Positions 33,853 to 45,357 of a stretch of 47,572 nt of DNA are shown here, piece after piece. The translations under genes were made by a program, and so were the position numbers. The DNA comes from Macrostomum lignano. Taxonomy: Eukaryota. The notes under the pieces were generated by a model. The model was not told where the DNA came from and did not search any database. It saw only the letters and a program-made list of their open reading frames with translations. Numbering within the stretch: the first letter of the stretch is position 1; the number at the start of each line of letters is the position of its first letter. The stretch covers positions 1 through 47,572 of the forward strand of contig NIVC01000865.1 of assembly GCA_002269645.1 (NCBI GenBank), written 5' to 3'.

Positions 33853-34861
33853 CTAACGTTTCTTCCTCCTCTTGAAACGGCGAATCTCCAATTCACACAA
33901 AGCGTCAATAGAAGGATCATTGAATAGACCAGGAGCAGCAGCAGGCAGCTCAGGCTCATCGATCAGTTCAGCCGGTTCTTCGCTCTCCTGCCGGTCGTGA
34001 CTGCATCGACACACGTCCGAAATGACGTAACTCACACAGTTGGTTAGGGAGCCCCCGTGGCACCCTTCCCTACAGGGCCTGCAGACTACTTGATTCGAAC
34101 TGCTGTGGTAAAGTTCCTGCACAAACCGAGCGTCCTTGCACGCAAAAAAGTCAGCAGTACATTTGGCGTATTTCTGAACAGTTGCACTGAGCCCGTTATT
34201 GTCAACCATGATCTCCAGCAGGTCCATCAGAGGATCGAACAGGCCGTACGAACTGCGATTCGAAAATATGTTTTTAAGTGTCCAGAAGGATAACATTAGG
34301 AAAATTTATTTTAATTTTGACTCACCCATTCGTTAAGCTAATTTTGCAGCACTTCTTTGCAAGGGCCGACGAAGATGAGCTCCAGAAGAAAGCACCGAGA
34401 GGGAGTCTTGGAATCTGTAGTACAGCAAGGCGAGCTTGGTAGCTCTTCTTTTCTCCTTTTCCATTGATAACCTCGCGAACAAAATGTTCGCAGTTATTCT
34501 TCATTAGATTGTAGTTGGTCTCTCCGACTCGTTTTAGGCAGTCCAGCACTACTCGAGCTCGCTTCTCGGCGCTACACTTGCAGTGGAAAACTCGAATGGG
34601 AGAAAGTCCGACAACGTCGCGGAAGTCATCGATTCGAACGGAAACTCTTGCATTCGAAGCAACTTCGCCCGAGAAGTGACACAGGAGAGGCACCGGGTCC
34701 GATTGCCCGCCTCTGGGGAAGGCCCAACCTAGGAAGATGGCGAAGTGGCCAAGAGCGACTCGATTAAAGCTGATGGCGGAGCCTGGGACCATGGCTTTCA
34801 GAGCGTCATCGGCCCGCGATGCTGAAAAATCGTCGTAGCCATTAGTAAAACCGACACACAT
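33853..34861 (-). CDS. LRAT/PLAAT-family (H-box/NCEHF) protein fused to a degenerate UBR-box-like Zn finger, 2 exons, 311 aa (copy A)
   Basis: Exon 1 34861-34326 (HFAIFLG, LCHFS, NNCEHF); 73-bp intron gtgagt..cgcag; exon 2 34252-33853 in frame (SYGLFDP..KCTADF..VVCRPCREGCH..CRC). Confidence 0.8.
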
Positions 34862-34970
34862 TTTTCTAAACTTTTGTGTGAAATACACTTGATGGCGTGA
34901 AAACAAACAGCCTTACTACACTAATACAATAGAGATATAATAGAGAGAAATATGGAACCAAAGACTTGAA

Positions 34971-34990
34971 GGTATTTCCATGGAATTTCC
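34971..34990 (-). promoter_or_regulatory. Tandem Rel/kB-like motif GGAAATTCC-AT-GGAAATACC
   Basis: 110 bp upstream of the copy A ATG, in the divergent A/B intergenic region; near-identical motifs upstream of copies C and E. Confidence 0.6.
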
Positions 34991-35390
34991 TTTAGTTCTA
35001 TCTTCTACATCTTTCAAAAACATCAGACTCGCCTTTCACCACCGTACAATGGTATAGAAAGGTATTTTACTTTTAAAGCCACAGGTAGCATAAAAGCGTA
35101 CTCGCTGTACAAAAGGACGCAAACAAATTCGCAAGTGCGTCCAAGGTCTTTCACGCGTCACTTTAGTTCTGTACAATCTGCGTATGACCAACTCAGCATG
35201 TAGGTTGTTGCGCTTCAGTCGAATTTCAGTCGAAAAAGCAAGTAGATTGCAGATTGGCTTGCACAAACAATGAACTTGGCGTAGTGCTCTAGAAAAAAAA
35301 CTGCAGCAGAGCGTACTAGATAGTTTATCAGCCAACAAACTGTCTCGGCTGTCCAAAAAGGATCTTGTTTACCACATTTCACCTCAAGTC

Positions 35391-36376
35391 ATGTGCGTCG
35401 GCTTTACAAACGGCTACTCGGACTTTGCTTCGGACAGAGTCGAAGAAGCGATCGTTGCCGCCGTGCCCGGGTCCGCCGTCAGCTTCAACAGAATCGGCTT
35501 CTTTCACTTCGCCGTTTTCCTGGGCTGGGCCTGGCCCAAGGGCGACGACTCGGAGCCCATCCCGCTGCTGTGCCACCTCTCCGGAGACGCCAGCACGAAG
35601 CCGGTGGCGTCTGTTCGACTTGACGACTTCAGAGACATCGTCCAGAGCTGCACCATCCGGGTGTACAACTGCAAATGCAGCGCGAGCAAGAGATCTCAGG
35701 TGATCCTCAATTGCCTCTATCTAGTTGGCAAGGCTGGCTACAATCCGCTGACCAACAACTGCGAGCACTTTGTGAGAGAAGTGATTTGCGGTCAGAGCAC
35801 CAGCTATCAGGCCGTTTGGACTCTTGCAGCTCCGTTAATTCAGCTGCCGCGAATTCTTCTGGGTAGCGCTGTAGTCGGGGCCGCCACTTCGTCTGCTTCA
35901 TCGAACTGCGCATCCAAATTTGAGGAGAATCGGTAAATGTTGAGAAATTCTTTACTTTTTCTGCATCCTGATGCATGGTTATTCACTGCCTGCTTTCCCA
36001 TTTCAGATCACTGGGACTTCTTAATCCGGAAAGAGATCTAATAGAGATTATATTGTCAAAGCATGGTTTACATTTACAAGGCGTCAAGTTGAATTCTGTC
36101 TGCACAAGGGAATTCGGAGGCTTAAGCACGTTTCCAATGCAGTTTCTCTACACCTGCAGAAGCTGCAGCGGCAGTGAAAAGATGGCGGTGTGCCGGCCAT
36201 GCCAGAAGCTTTGCCATGCAAAATGTATTTTTCGAACTGGAATTGTGTCTGAGAATGTGTGCCGGTGCTCTCACGCCATGAAATCCGAGGCAGTGCAACT
36301 GCCTCTGCAACTGGATCTTCAAGAAGAATCTACTTCATCAGTCGAATGTGACGGCTCTCTCTCATCTTCTTGTTAG
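35391..36376 (+). CDS. LRAT/PLAAT-family protein fused to a UBR-box-like Zn finger, 2 exons, 303 aa (copy B)
   Basis: Exon 1 35391-35932 (HFAVFLG, LCHLS, NNCEHF); 74-bp intron gtaaat..tttcag; exon 2 36007-36376 in frame (CTREF..FPMQFLYTCRSC..AVCRPCQKLCH..CRCS). Confidence 0.82.
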
Positions 36377-36456
36377 CCCTTATTTTACAAAAAACACATT
36401 GTTTTACACAACTTTATGCATTGGACTACACTCTGTTTATCAGTGAGAAAGATTCT

Positions 36457-36578
36457 GGGCCCGTTCTATGAAGCCATCGTAAGATAAGATCGTTCTTAGC
36501 TCCTACATGTATCTCCGCAGTGAAAAAGTTCCGACTTACGATCGAACCTACGCTACGACAGCTTTATAGTACGACCCC
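36457..36578. mobile_element. Short MITE-like element with imperfect ~26-bp terminal inverted repeats
   Basis: gggcccgttctatgaagccatcgtaag vs revcomp of right end ggggtcgtactataaagctgtcgtag. Confidence 0.45.
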
Positions 36579-37337
36579 ATTATTCTTAAGCTATGAATCT
36601 TTTTAACTGATATTTTAGTAATAATCCCAGGCTTCATAATGCTTTCAGTTTACTGTACAGCTTTTATTATTGTTAAAGACAATTAAGACGTTTTCGATGG
36701 TTTTGAAGCAAATCTTTTTAACTAACCACTTACACGTGCTTTTTACGGCACTTTCTGAGTGTATGCGACAGAATAAACTAAAGAGCCACCAGTCTACTAA
36801 GACGTTTATAAAATTGAGTAGCGGTCCAAATTTACTGCTAGTAGCTCGTAGTAGCTATTGTAAAATAATGCAAATAGACCAATTTAATTCCAACAGTATA
36901 CTAGTGGTTTGTTTCCGTGTTGTGTACGCAGCTAGTCAAAAAGGAAATACAAAAAGCTTACTAAACTATTGTTTGCAATAGTATAGAGAGACAGTATACC
37001 CACTGTCTATGAAAGTTCTGAAATATGCATGCCAGGTGATTAAAGCAACTAATATGACTGAGCAACTCGCTGTCCATGCACTCGTCATTGCGAGCTAGAG
37101 GATTTCTAAAATGGGCACGGAAGTACGGAATGAAAGGAAAGATAAGTAGAAGCCTTTACAACTGTGGCAGTCGGGCTTGAAAGTACGAAATGCAAAAAAA
37201 CATTTACATTCTGCATTTAATGTACGTTATTGGTTCCGACAGTCTGTGTGCTAATACTAGCTGTGGTAAGCTTGGGAATAAGGAACTTCATTTTTCGATT
37301 TTCTTTCAAGCTGAACTGTAAATATCTATGACTATAA

Positions 37338-37375
37338 AGTCCATGGAAAATCCTCAGAAATTCCATGGAAAATCC
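37338..37375 (+). promoter_or_regulatory. Orphan duplicated Rel-like motif (agtccatggaaaatcc + agaaattccatggaaaatcc)
   Basis: Matches the motif upstream of the LRAT copies, but no adjacent ORF recognised. Confidence 0.35.
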
Positions 37376-38483
37376 GTGATAAACCTTAGAATCATATAGC
37401 TCGTTGTCCTTGAAACTTTATTTCCAGAAAAGTGCATTCTTTTTCATGACCTCGAGCGTATTTCTCGCGAACTACGCTTGCTAATTACTTGTTCAAATCA
37501 GTTTTACACGCTTGCATCTCATCTATATGTTTATGCAGATAGCTGAAACATCGTTAGTCGTTATAACCTTTCCTGCCTACCCATTCCTGGCAATCCCTCA
37601 CTGTGGATCCCGTGCACACCAGAGGCTTCTGTGGAGTCCCAACACACCTGCTGCACAATACAATCTACTGCCATCCTGTGTAAAAGGGTTTCACTGTACA
37701 TGTAGATGGCACAACTGGTACATCTATTGAAGTTACAAAATATTGTGCCAATTATTAAAACACTGATAGCAACTCATTCAAGAAGATGAGTAAAACAAGC
37801 TAATAACCAAAGAGAGGTCCAACCGATTGAGCAGATGTCCAAACTCCAGGCTTTTAAGAATCATCACCTGTAATGCACCAAGGGATACAGGAGGAATCGT
37901 TTACGCATACTGCACTAAAATGTCACAGGAAGGAAGGAGGCCGAAAAACAGCACATCCGTGAATGTTTGACATCTGATGATTCAAATATGTATGAAACGT
38001 AGACCTTAAGAGAGTACACAAATCGATGCTGTGGGAGCTTGAGCTTGCTGGTGCTGCAATAGCGCCTATGGAAACTGCTTCGGGTAAAAATACCAGGAGC
38101 CTATCACGAGATTTGCCTGCTAAGCAAAATAAATTTTATTCCTGGCGTTAAGCTATTAAAATATAATGCGCGTCCAAGCGTTGCCCAGGTGCTAAAATTT
38201 TTATTCTGTTCTCAAAGTAGGAGAAGCAGGTATTATATTATATTTTAATTTTTCAAGTTTTCCATAATGAAATAAAATGTGCCAGTTGGCTTTGCTCAGC
38301 TTTCCTTTTGTCCATGCAGCGCACCTCATCTCATAACAAGCACGAGTACTCGATGGGTACTTGAGTACATATGTGTATATTACTATTAACTATGCTCAAA
38401 TGTTATTTATCTCAGGCTTAGAGTTTAAAAAGGGGAAGTTCGCACAAAAAAGTTTGGGTTTTTGTATACTGGGACTTTGTGTC

Positions 38484-38514
38484 GGAAATTCCGTGGAACT
38501 ACCGCGGAAAATTC
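38484..38514 (+). promoter_or_regulatory. Tandem Rel/kB-like motif GGAAATTCC-GT-GGAACTACC plus a third half-site
   Basis: 130 bp upstream of the copy C ATG; tatataa at about 38567. Confidence 0.6.
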
Positions 38515-38632
38515 ATGCAAAAGACACTAAAACTTGAATAAAAATTACTTGATTTCAGCATGCAGCTATATAACACAGCTTTCCATATTGCGAAAACGGA
38601 ACTCCTGCAAGCAAACAGAGCTAACAGCAGAC

Positions 38633-39675
38633 ATGTGCGTTGGCTGGACTAACGGCTACAGAGACTTCGAATCTGTCGAATCTGCTTTGAAAGCCATGAC
38701 TCCAGGCTCGGCCATCAGCTTCAACAGAATTGGCTTGTATCACTTTGCGATCTACTTGGGCCTAGCTTTTCCCAGGGGCGGGAATTCGGGGCCGATTCCT
38801 CTGATCTGCCACCTGTCAGGTGGTGCCAGCACGCAGCCAAAAGCATCCGTTAGACTGGATGACTTCAGAGCCGTTGTGCAGAATTCTACTATTAGAGTGT
38901 ACTGCTGCAGTTGCAGTGAGAGCAAAAGGGCACGAGTGATCTGGGAGTGCCTCTGGAGAGTTGGCGAGGAAGGGTACGACCTGTTCTTTAAAAACTGTGA
39001 GAGCTTTGCGCGCTATGTGATCAACGGGGTATCCGTCAGCTATCAATCTCTTTGGACTGCGGTGGTACCATTTATTCAGATTCCCCGGTTTATTATCGGA
39101 GGAATCTCCGGAGGATCATCCTCTTCGTTGGCCTCATCAAGCTGCGCATCGTACTGCTTAAACAATTTGTAAGCTTGTGTGACGCATGTTGGTAATGGAT
39201 AAATAATCAGCGGTCCCAGTGCGTGACAACGATTGTCTGGCGAGCGCCGGTAGGCGCGAGCCATAGACAAATTGTTGTCACGTGATGCGACCGCTGATTC
39301 TTTGCATTGTTTTTCTGTTTGACGATCCTACAGACAATGCATTGTTTGTAGCAATGGATTGTTCTGCACTAAAAATGTAAATAATGATCGTCAAATTGCT
39401 AAACAATGAGCATTTTATGCTAAAAAGCTGAGCATTTTACTACGTCGTATAAGAGAATATTGACTACTTCTTTCTGTACTTTAATTTATTTCGCAATTTA
39501 AAGAAACAACCGAAAATCTTTCAGAGACTACGGACTGATGGACCCCGAGGGTGATATGCTCTTGATTTCGGTCTCGAGTGGCGGCCTGCAGGCATCTGTA
39601 AAAGCTTTCCCCTCTTCGTATTTTTTTCGACTCGCTGAATTTGCTACATTTCTTATGGAGAGTTTTTCAGACTGA
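38633..39675 (+). CDS. LRAT/PLAAT-family protein (copy C), 2 exons, no Zn finger found
   Basis: Exon 1 38633-39168 (HFAIYLG, ICHLS, KNCESF); phase-2 intron gtaagc..tttcag (356 bp); exon 2 from 39525, DYGLMDPEGDMLLISV..GL, homologous to exon 2 of A and B; stop at 39673-39675. Confidence 0.75.
39205..39299. other. Intronic inverted-repeat hairpin (~34-bp imperfect stem)
   Basis: aatcagcggtcccagtgcgtgacaacgattgtct pairs with agacaaattgttgtcacgtgatgcgaccgctgatt. Confidence 0.65.
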
Positions 39676-41362
39676 AGTTAAACGATCATCCATCAATACG
39701 TTGTAACTTCTCATCTATTTACCTTTCGTTACTCTAGCAATTTGATTGTAGCTCATTTTGGTGTGTAGCCAAGGCTTGAAGTTTTCCAGTTGAGTTGAAA
39801 AGTAAAGTGCTAGGTGCGCACAGTTGCTTTATTTATATTTTTGCTATTTAAGAAAAACTGCATGATCGATATTTTAACTACACTAGAAAAACTGCACGAT
39901 TGATAAATAAAAGAGCTAGAGATATCACGTGATTAATAATACATTACACAGATAATTTATCAACTACTCTACTTAAAGTGGCAGTATAAGAAATAGACAA
40001 TAATAATAATAATAATATAGTTAGCATATACGTTATAGTAGAAATATTAGCGTAAAATATTATCTATCATTAAGTTGGTCTGTCAGGTTACACGACACAA
40101 CACATTTTGCACTGTTATTAAAATCAATCGTATGTTTTGTACTCAACACATCTTTTAATTATACGCAAAAAATTATTTATTGACCTTAGGATTGCTAAAA
40201 ATGCTTTGTCTTTGTACCCTATGATCCCATTCTTTGATATCCAGCCAAAGAGCAAAAGAGCAAAAGAGAGTAAAATCAATACCAGGAAAATCCGAAAAAA
40301 ATTAGGAAGCAACTTGCAAAAGTCCAATATGTATTTTTCACTTTTCGTTAACTAACTATTCTAACAGGATTATAATTTCAGTTAAATAGGCCGAAGTGTG
40401 AAAAGTGTATAAAAATGACTTTCACATATCTGCTTTTGACGGTTGCTTTAAAGATAAAAATTTTTTCCCTATTTTGTACTCTGTTTTTCCTGAATGTATT
40501 TTTTCTATAATTCTTCGAGTTCTAAAACTGTTAGACAGATAGTTTTTTTTTTAATCGCGCGATGGTCTCAAATCTGATAATTTTTGTATGTACACAAATT
40601 CATATCTCAACAATCCAGTTTCTAATCTAGATTACTGACTTGGAAAGTCCCTGATAGTAGTGAAGTTGCTTGTAATACTCGTAAAAGGCTTTTTAGATCT
40701 TTTATATGGAATTAAAAACTATTTTAACACGATTTAATTATTGTAAAAGCGTGCATTAAACGCAAAAGCGTGCTTAAACGGCTCGTAATCGTGTATTGGC
40801 TAGAGTCATTTAATCTACGAGAAATATAGCTCGTATATATATAGTGACAAGCTGTTGAAACCCGCGGATTTTGAACCCGGGGAAACTCCAATCCCCGGAA
40901 CTATTTTTGCATGTATTCTAAAATCTGAGGTCAAACTCAAACAAAAACTTGTTAATAGTTACGAAAGAGTTAAACATAAAATAGAGTACACATTTGTGTA
41001 AAATTAGGATTTGAGGCAAACATTGATATTGTTGGCTAGGGTGCTGCGCAGAATGTCAGGCAAACTCTGGCAGTCTGGCTGGCCTCTGCCTCTGCATCTG
41101 CCTCTCTGTCTCCCTATGCCCCTTGGATCCTTTGAAATTTCTATCTTCTCTTCTGTTTCATCTCTTCTCTCTCGTCTCTTGTCTCTTCCTTCTCTTCTCT
41201 TCTCACTCTTTACTCTACCCTTTCAACATTTCCTTCATCTACTCCTTTCTCATCCCTTTCTCATCTCTTCTCTCAACTCTCTCCTCTCCTCTCTCCACTC
41301 TCTCCTCTCATCTCTTTCCTCACCTCTTTTCTCTCTTATCTCTTCCCATTACTCTCTGCTTG

Positions 41363-41540
<178 letters not shown>

Positions 41541-41651
41541 GAAGTAATTTGTACACAGACACACAGAGTTTTCTTTTTTATAGGTAGAGATTACAATACT
41601 ATTCAATACTAAAGACCAAACCCTAGCTCGAATTTAATTAAGTCTATGGGG

Positions 41652-43067
41652 CAGGGTCGTCAAACCTTTTTAGCTCAAGGGCCAGATAGAGAATTCCTAG
41701 CGCATGACTTGCGAGCCAGATGAGGGGCGAGAGAGGAGAGGGAATAGAGAAAAAGAGCAGTATACACTCAGCAACATAGAAAAGTTTCCACCCTAGCGCG
41801 CGAAGGGTCAACGTTTTGGTGGGTGGAGATATTCGTGGTTTGAACCATAGACAAATATATAATCCGGATTCGAACGAAGCAAAGGAACAGCAAAGAAACA
41901 AAGTACGCGAGCATGGGTGACAACTTGCCCAGAACAGGGTCAGTAACGCATATAGCAGCCACTTGCGTGCAGCAGAGCGCTCACTCTCCGGGGCATCCCC
42001 AGAACCAGAAATCTTGCGGTAGTTGTTGCCATGCAGTAGACAGTGATTCGCGCAGTTGGGCAACGTTTTGCGGCGGATTGTCGCGCCGAATCGAGCGCTT
42101 CAGGTAATCCCAAACGTGCTCTATGGGATTCATGTCCGGTGATCGGGACGGCCAGCGCAAGGATCGCAGGTGCAGCAGCTCCTTCAGATGCGCCACAGCG
42201 GCTGCGCGATGCGGTGGGGCGTTGTCGTCTTGGAGGACGCTGTTCTCCACGCCACCACATGAAGTATCAATGAAGAGCAGCAGGCGCGTCTATAGAAAGT
42301 TGGCGTACGACTCGGCAGTCACAGTCGCATCCAGGAACACGAGCTCCGTCTTCGCGTGCATTGTGATGCCTGCCCACACGTGAATAGAAGCTGACTGGCT
42401 CTCAGAGTTTTGCACGTGCTGCGGCAGCATCTCCTGGCGCGGCTGGCGCCACATGCGAATGCGGCTGTCGGCACGGAACAATCGAAAGCGGCTCATATCT
42501 GTGAAAATCACTCGCCGCCACTGCTGCTACCTCCAGTTGACCCTTTGCATTGCCCATTGTTCCCGGCTGGCCACATGGGTTGGGGTCAGGCGTGGCCGTT
42601 TGCGCATCTTACGGGATCGCAGCATGGGTCTGCTCCATGTGACTGTTATTTCCTTCGACCTGTCTGACGTCTATGGCCCAAGTTTTTGTCTATGGCCCAA
42701 GTTTGTGTTGACGAAATCATCAATCGTCTATGGCACAAGTCTGGCGACAAAAACCTGTTTTGAAACTCTAAATATACACGGCTGGCGCGAGGGTGGAAAC
42801 TTTTCAATGTTGCTGAGTGTAGCTATGAGATAGGAGAAGAGAGGAAATAAAAGAGAAGAGGGAAGAGAGAGGACAGAGGAGAGAAAGAAGAGGAGAGAAG
42901 GGAGAGAAGAGGAGGAGAGGAGATCCGACTTGGTAGCTGAGATAAATTGAGACACCAACCTTCAGCCATTGTGGATTGCTATTGTGAAGTTTAAAAGTTC
43001 CCGAGGGCCGGATAGAGAGGCTTCATGAACCGCATATAACCTTCGGGCTAGAGTTTGCCAACCTCAG
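41652..43067. mobile_element. Possible hAT-like non-autonomous element enclosing the Tc1 fragment
   Basis: Left cagggtcgtcaaacc..gggccagata; right gggccggata..gtttgccaacctcag (imperfect inverted ends). Confidence 0.35.
41981..42670 (-). mobile_element. Tc1/mariner DD34E transposase remnant, disrupted
   Basis: VIFTDMSRF (D), HVWAGIT, LQDDNAPPH (D), WPSRSPDMNPIEHVW (E). Confidence 0.92.
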
Positions 43068-43581
43068 CTACAGAGTACATGGTCTCGCTTCATTCGCTCA
43101 GTATTGTTGAATAGCTACAAAAAGGACTGCTCCGAGAAGGAAAAATTACGAGCTAAGCGCATTGAAGCTTTGTCGCCTGCTCCATATAGATGCAGTTATA
43201 TTCCAATGTCAGCCCTTTTTTCTGGAAAAGAAAATACCCCAGCTTGAATGTACATGAGGGCTTATAATTCGTACTCTCGCGATATCTCTGCTGCGCTCAT
43301 TGCAGTGTGCACTCGCCATTCTAAAGTACCGCATTATGGGCGCATAGTCTGCTTCTGTCTGACTCTTTCTCTATTCGCGTACTTTGGTTATTTTATTTTT
43401 TAACAACCAAATCGAGCTGTCTGCAGTGGCGCCGCCACCCATAGAAGCCGATTTTCAAAGCCGAAAAGAATTTAACAGTTTCTGAGTTTTGTTTCCATTT
43501 GGCAAATTGATTTGAAAATTAAATTCCTTAAAAAGCTCTGATTATCTAACAACACGTTAAGACTACTATCTTGCAAAAACA

Positions 43582-45357
43582 ATGTCCCGCAAGCACTGCC
43601 AGAGCTGTGGCTTCAAGTTCGATGAATCCTGGACAGCCCACTGCTCCAGGTGCGACACGACTTTCGACTTCAACGGGGACGTCAGCAATGCCCTGTGCAA
43701 GTCGTGCGGCCAGGAGGCCTTCATAATGCAGGACGAAGTGATGGAAATTTGCAAGTTCTGTCTCAGAGCTCTAGAGGCAAGTAAATTTCAAAGATAATTT
43801 ATGCTCAAAGCCATTTTAATGTGTCTGCTTAGCACTTAACCGTCAACTTGAATGCCCTGCAGACTGGAGAAGAAGGCAGAAAAAATGAAGCCACTGGAAC
43901 TTCCTGTGCGTCAGACAAACCGGAATCTGGACAGAAGAATGACGAATTCACATCCGATGTAAGTTGCAATGAGGTACAGATTTTATTTGGGTTTTAAAAC
44001 TGAGCGTTTACAGAAGCTTTAACAAATTACACTCTGCATGCGCTAATTCACTCTGTTATCACGAACTCTTACTTCAGAACGACCAAGACGAACTCTGGCG
44101 ATGCGTGGGCTGCGTATGCGGCAACCAAGACCCTCACAGTTTCAAACTAAGCACATGCAAATGGCCAACCAAATCTTATTACTGTCTGGACTGCAGAGAG
44201 CCTTACAGCGCTTTCATTTGGGACACCGAACTACGCTGGGACCAGTGCCCCAGGTGCAATGGTGACAAAGTTCAGGTTGACAAAATTGCAACGGGAGGTA
44301 CCATGATTGAATGCCAAAATTGTTCTAGTAAAATCTCAAAGCAGAGATTCGATTTGCTACATCAGGAGGTGAAAGATAAGTGCGAGAATGAAGAGAGAAT
44401 GAAAGATGGCAGAAACAGCTAAATGAGACTTTCGAGTGCCAACACTGCGGTTCTGCTCAGGTTCAATTTGTACTCAGCGAGACCGAAGGCAAGCGTGCGT
44501 GCTGCAAGCAGTGCGGCACTTGCAACAAAACAAAACTTCTTTAGCTTGGGACAAAGAAAATGACCAATTCGAAACTGCTGCAGACGACGAGAAAGACAAA
44601 CAGAGCGACAAGAAAATAGCTGCGATTCCAGAGAAATATAAAAAGCTGTCAAAGTGCTGCGGAAACTTCGCCAGCCTCCATCCGGTAGAAGGGGATCCCG
44701 ACGATGACCTGCTCGTGTGCGATCAGTGCGATCAAACTATCAGTCTAAGAAGCTTCGATGATCGCCGAATCCCGCAAACAGTCTCGGCCCTCCGACGTGC
44801 GGTCAAGGGCCGGTTCTCCAGAGGCAAAATGGGGCGCCCGTATGCCTGTGTCAAGGTTAGCGACATAGACGAGCTGAAGCCGGCCGACCAGCTTGACTTT
44901 CGGAGGTCTTTGTACTCGCACACGCTATAGTGGAAAAGACACTCCCCGACTCCAAGGAAGTTCAGGTTATCGAATATACTGGCGAGTCAAACAGGCCAAC
45001 TATTCAGGCTTTTTGAATCAGCTGCCAACAAAGGCTTGCATAGCAGAGAGCACTTTAAAGCTTCAAGACATTGTAAAATGCATGCACAGAGTTGACTATC
45101 ACAGTCTAGACTGCTTCCACCCGAAAACTGTGCTGGAACGGGCGAAGAAGCGAGTCGGAGAGAAACAGTACCACGTCGTGGGAAGCAACTGCGAGCACTT
45201 CAGCAACTGGGCCAAAGCCAATGTAGCATTCTCCCGTCAGGTAAAGAAGAAGCAGAAATGGGCTCTGAAGAAGCTCGGCCGCTGTGTGACTAGGATTACG
45301 GACATCGGGGATAGGCTTCCGAAGGACGGATCGAGCAGGGCCGCCATGGGGTGCTGA
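43582..45357 (+). CDS. Multi-Zn-ribbon protein with C-terminal LRAT domain (copy D); at least 3 exons, at least 4 apparent frameshifts, 3' end uncertain
   Basis: Exons 43582-43776 (GC-AG intron), 43863-43958, 44078 onward; many CxxC pairs; ELKPADQLDFRRSLYSH(H)AIVEK..VIEY; ERAKKRVGEKQYHVVGSNCEHF at 45187. Confidence 0.6.

Noticed and set aside
33853-36376. Two-gene operons (LRAT ORF plus separate Zn-finger ORF)
   Set aside because: Consensus splice sites at the same phase in three paralogues explain them better as single spliced genes
34322-39172. LRAT copies A-C as retrogenes of copy E
   Set aside because: All three keep a conserved downstream intron, and A and C the upstream motif, which retroposition would remove
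40124-40355. Small hydrophobic/basic ORFs on both strands
   Set aside because: AT-rich sequence, no homology or splice context
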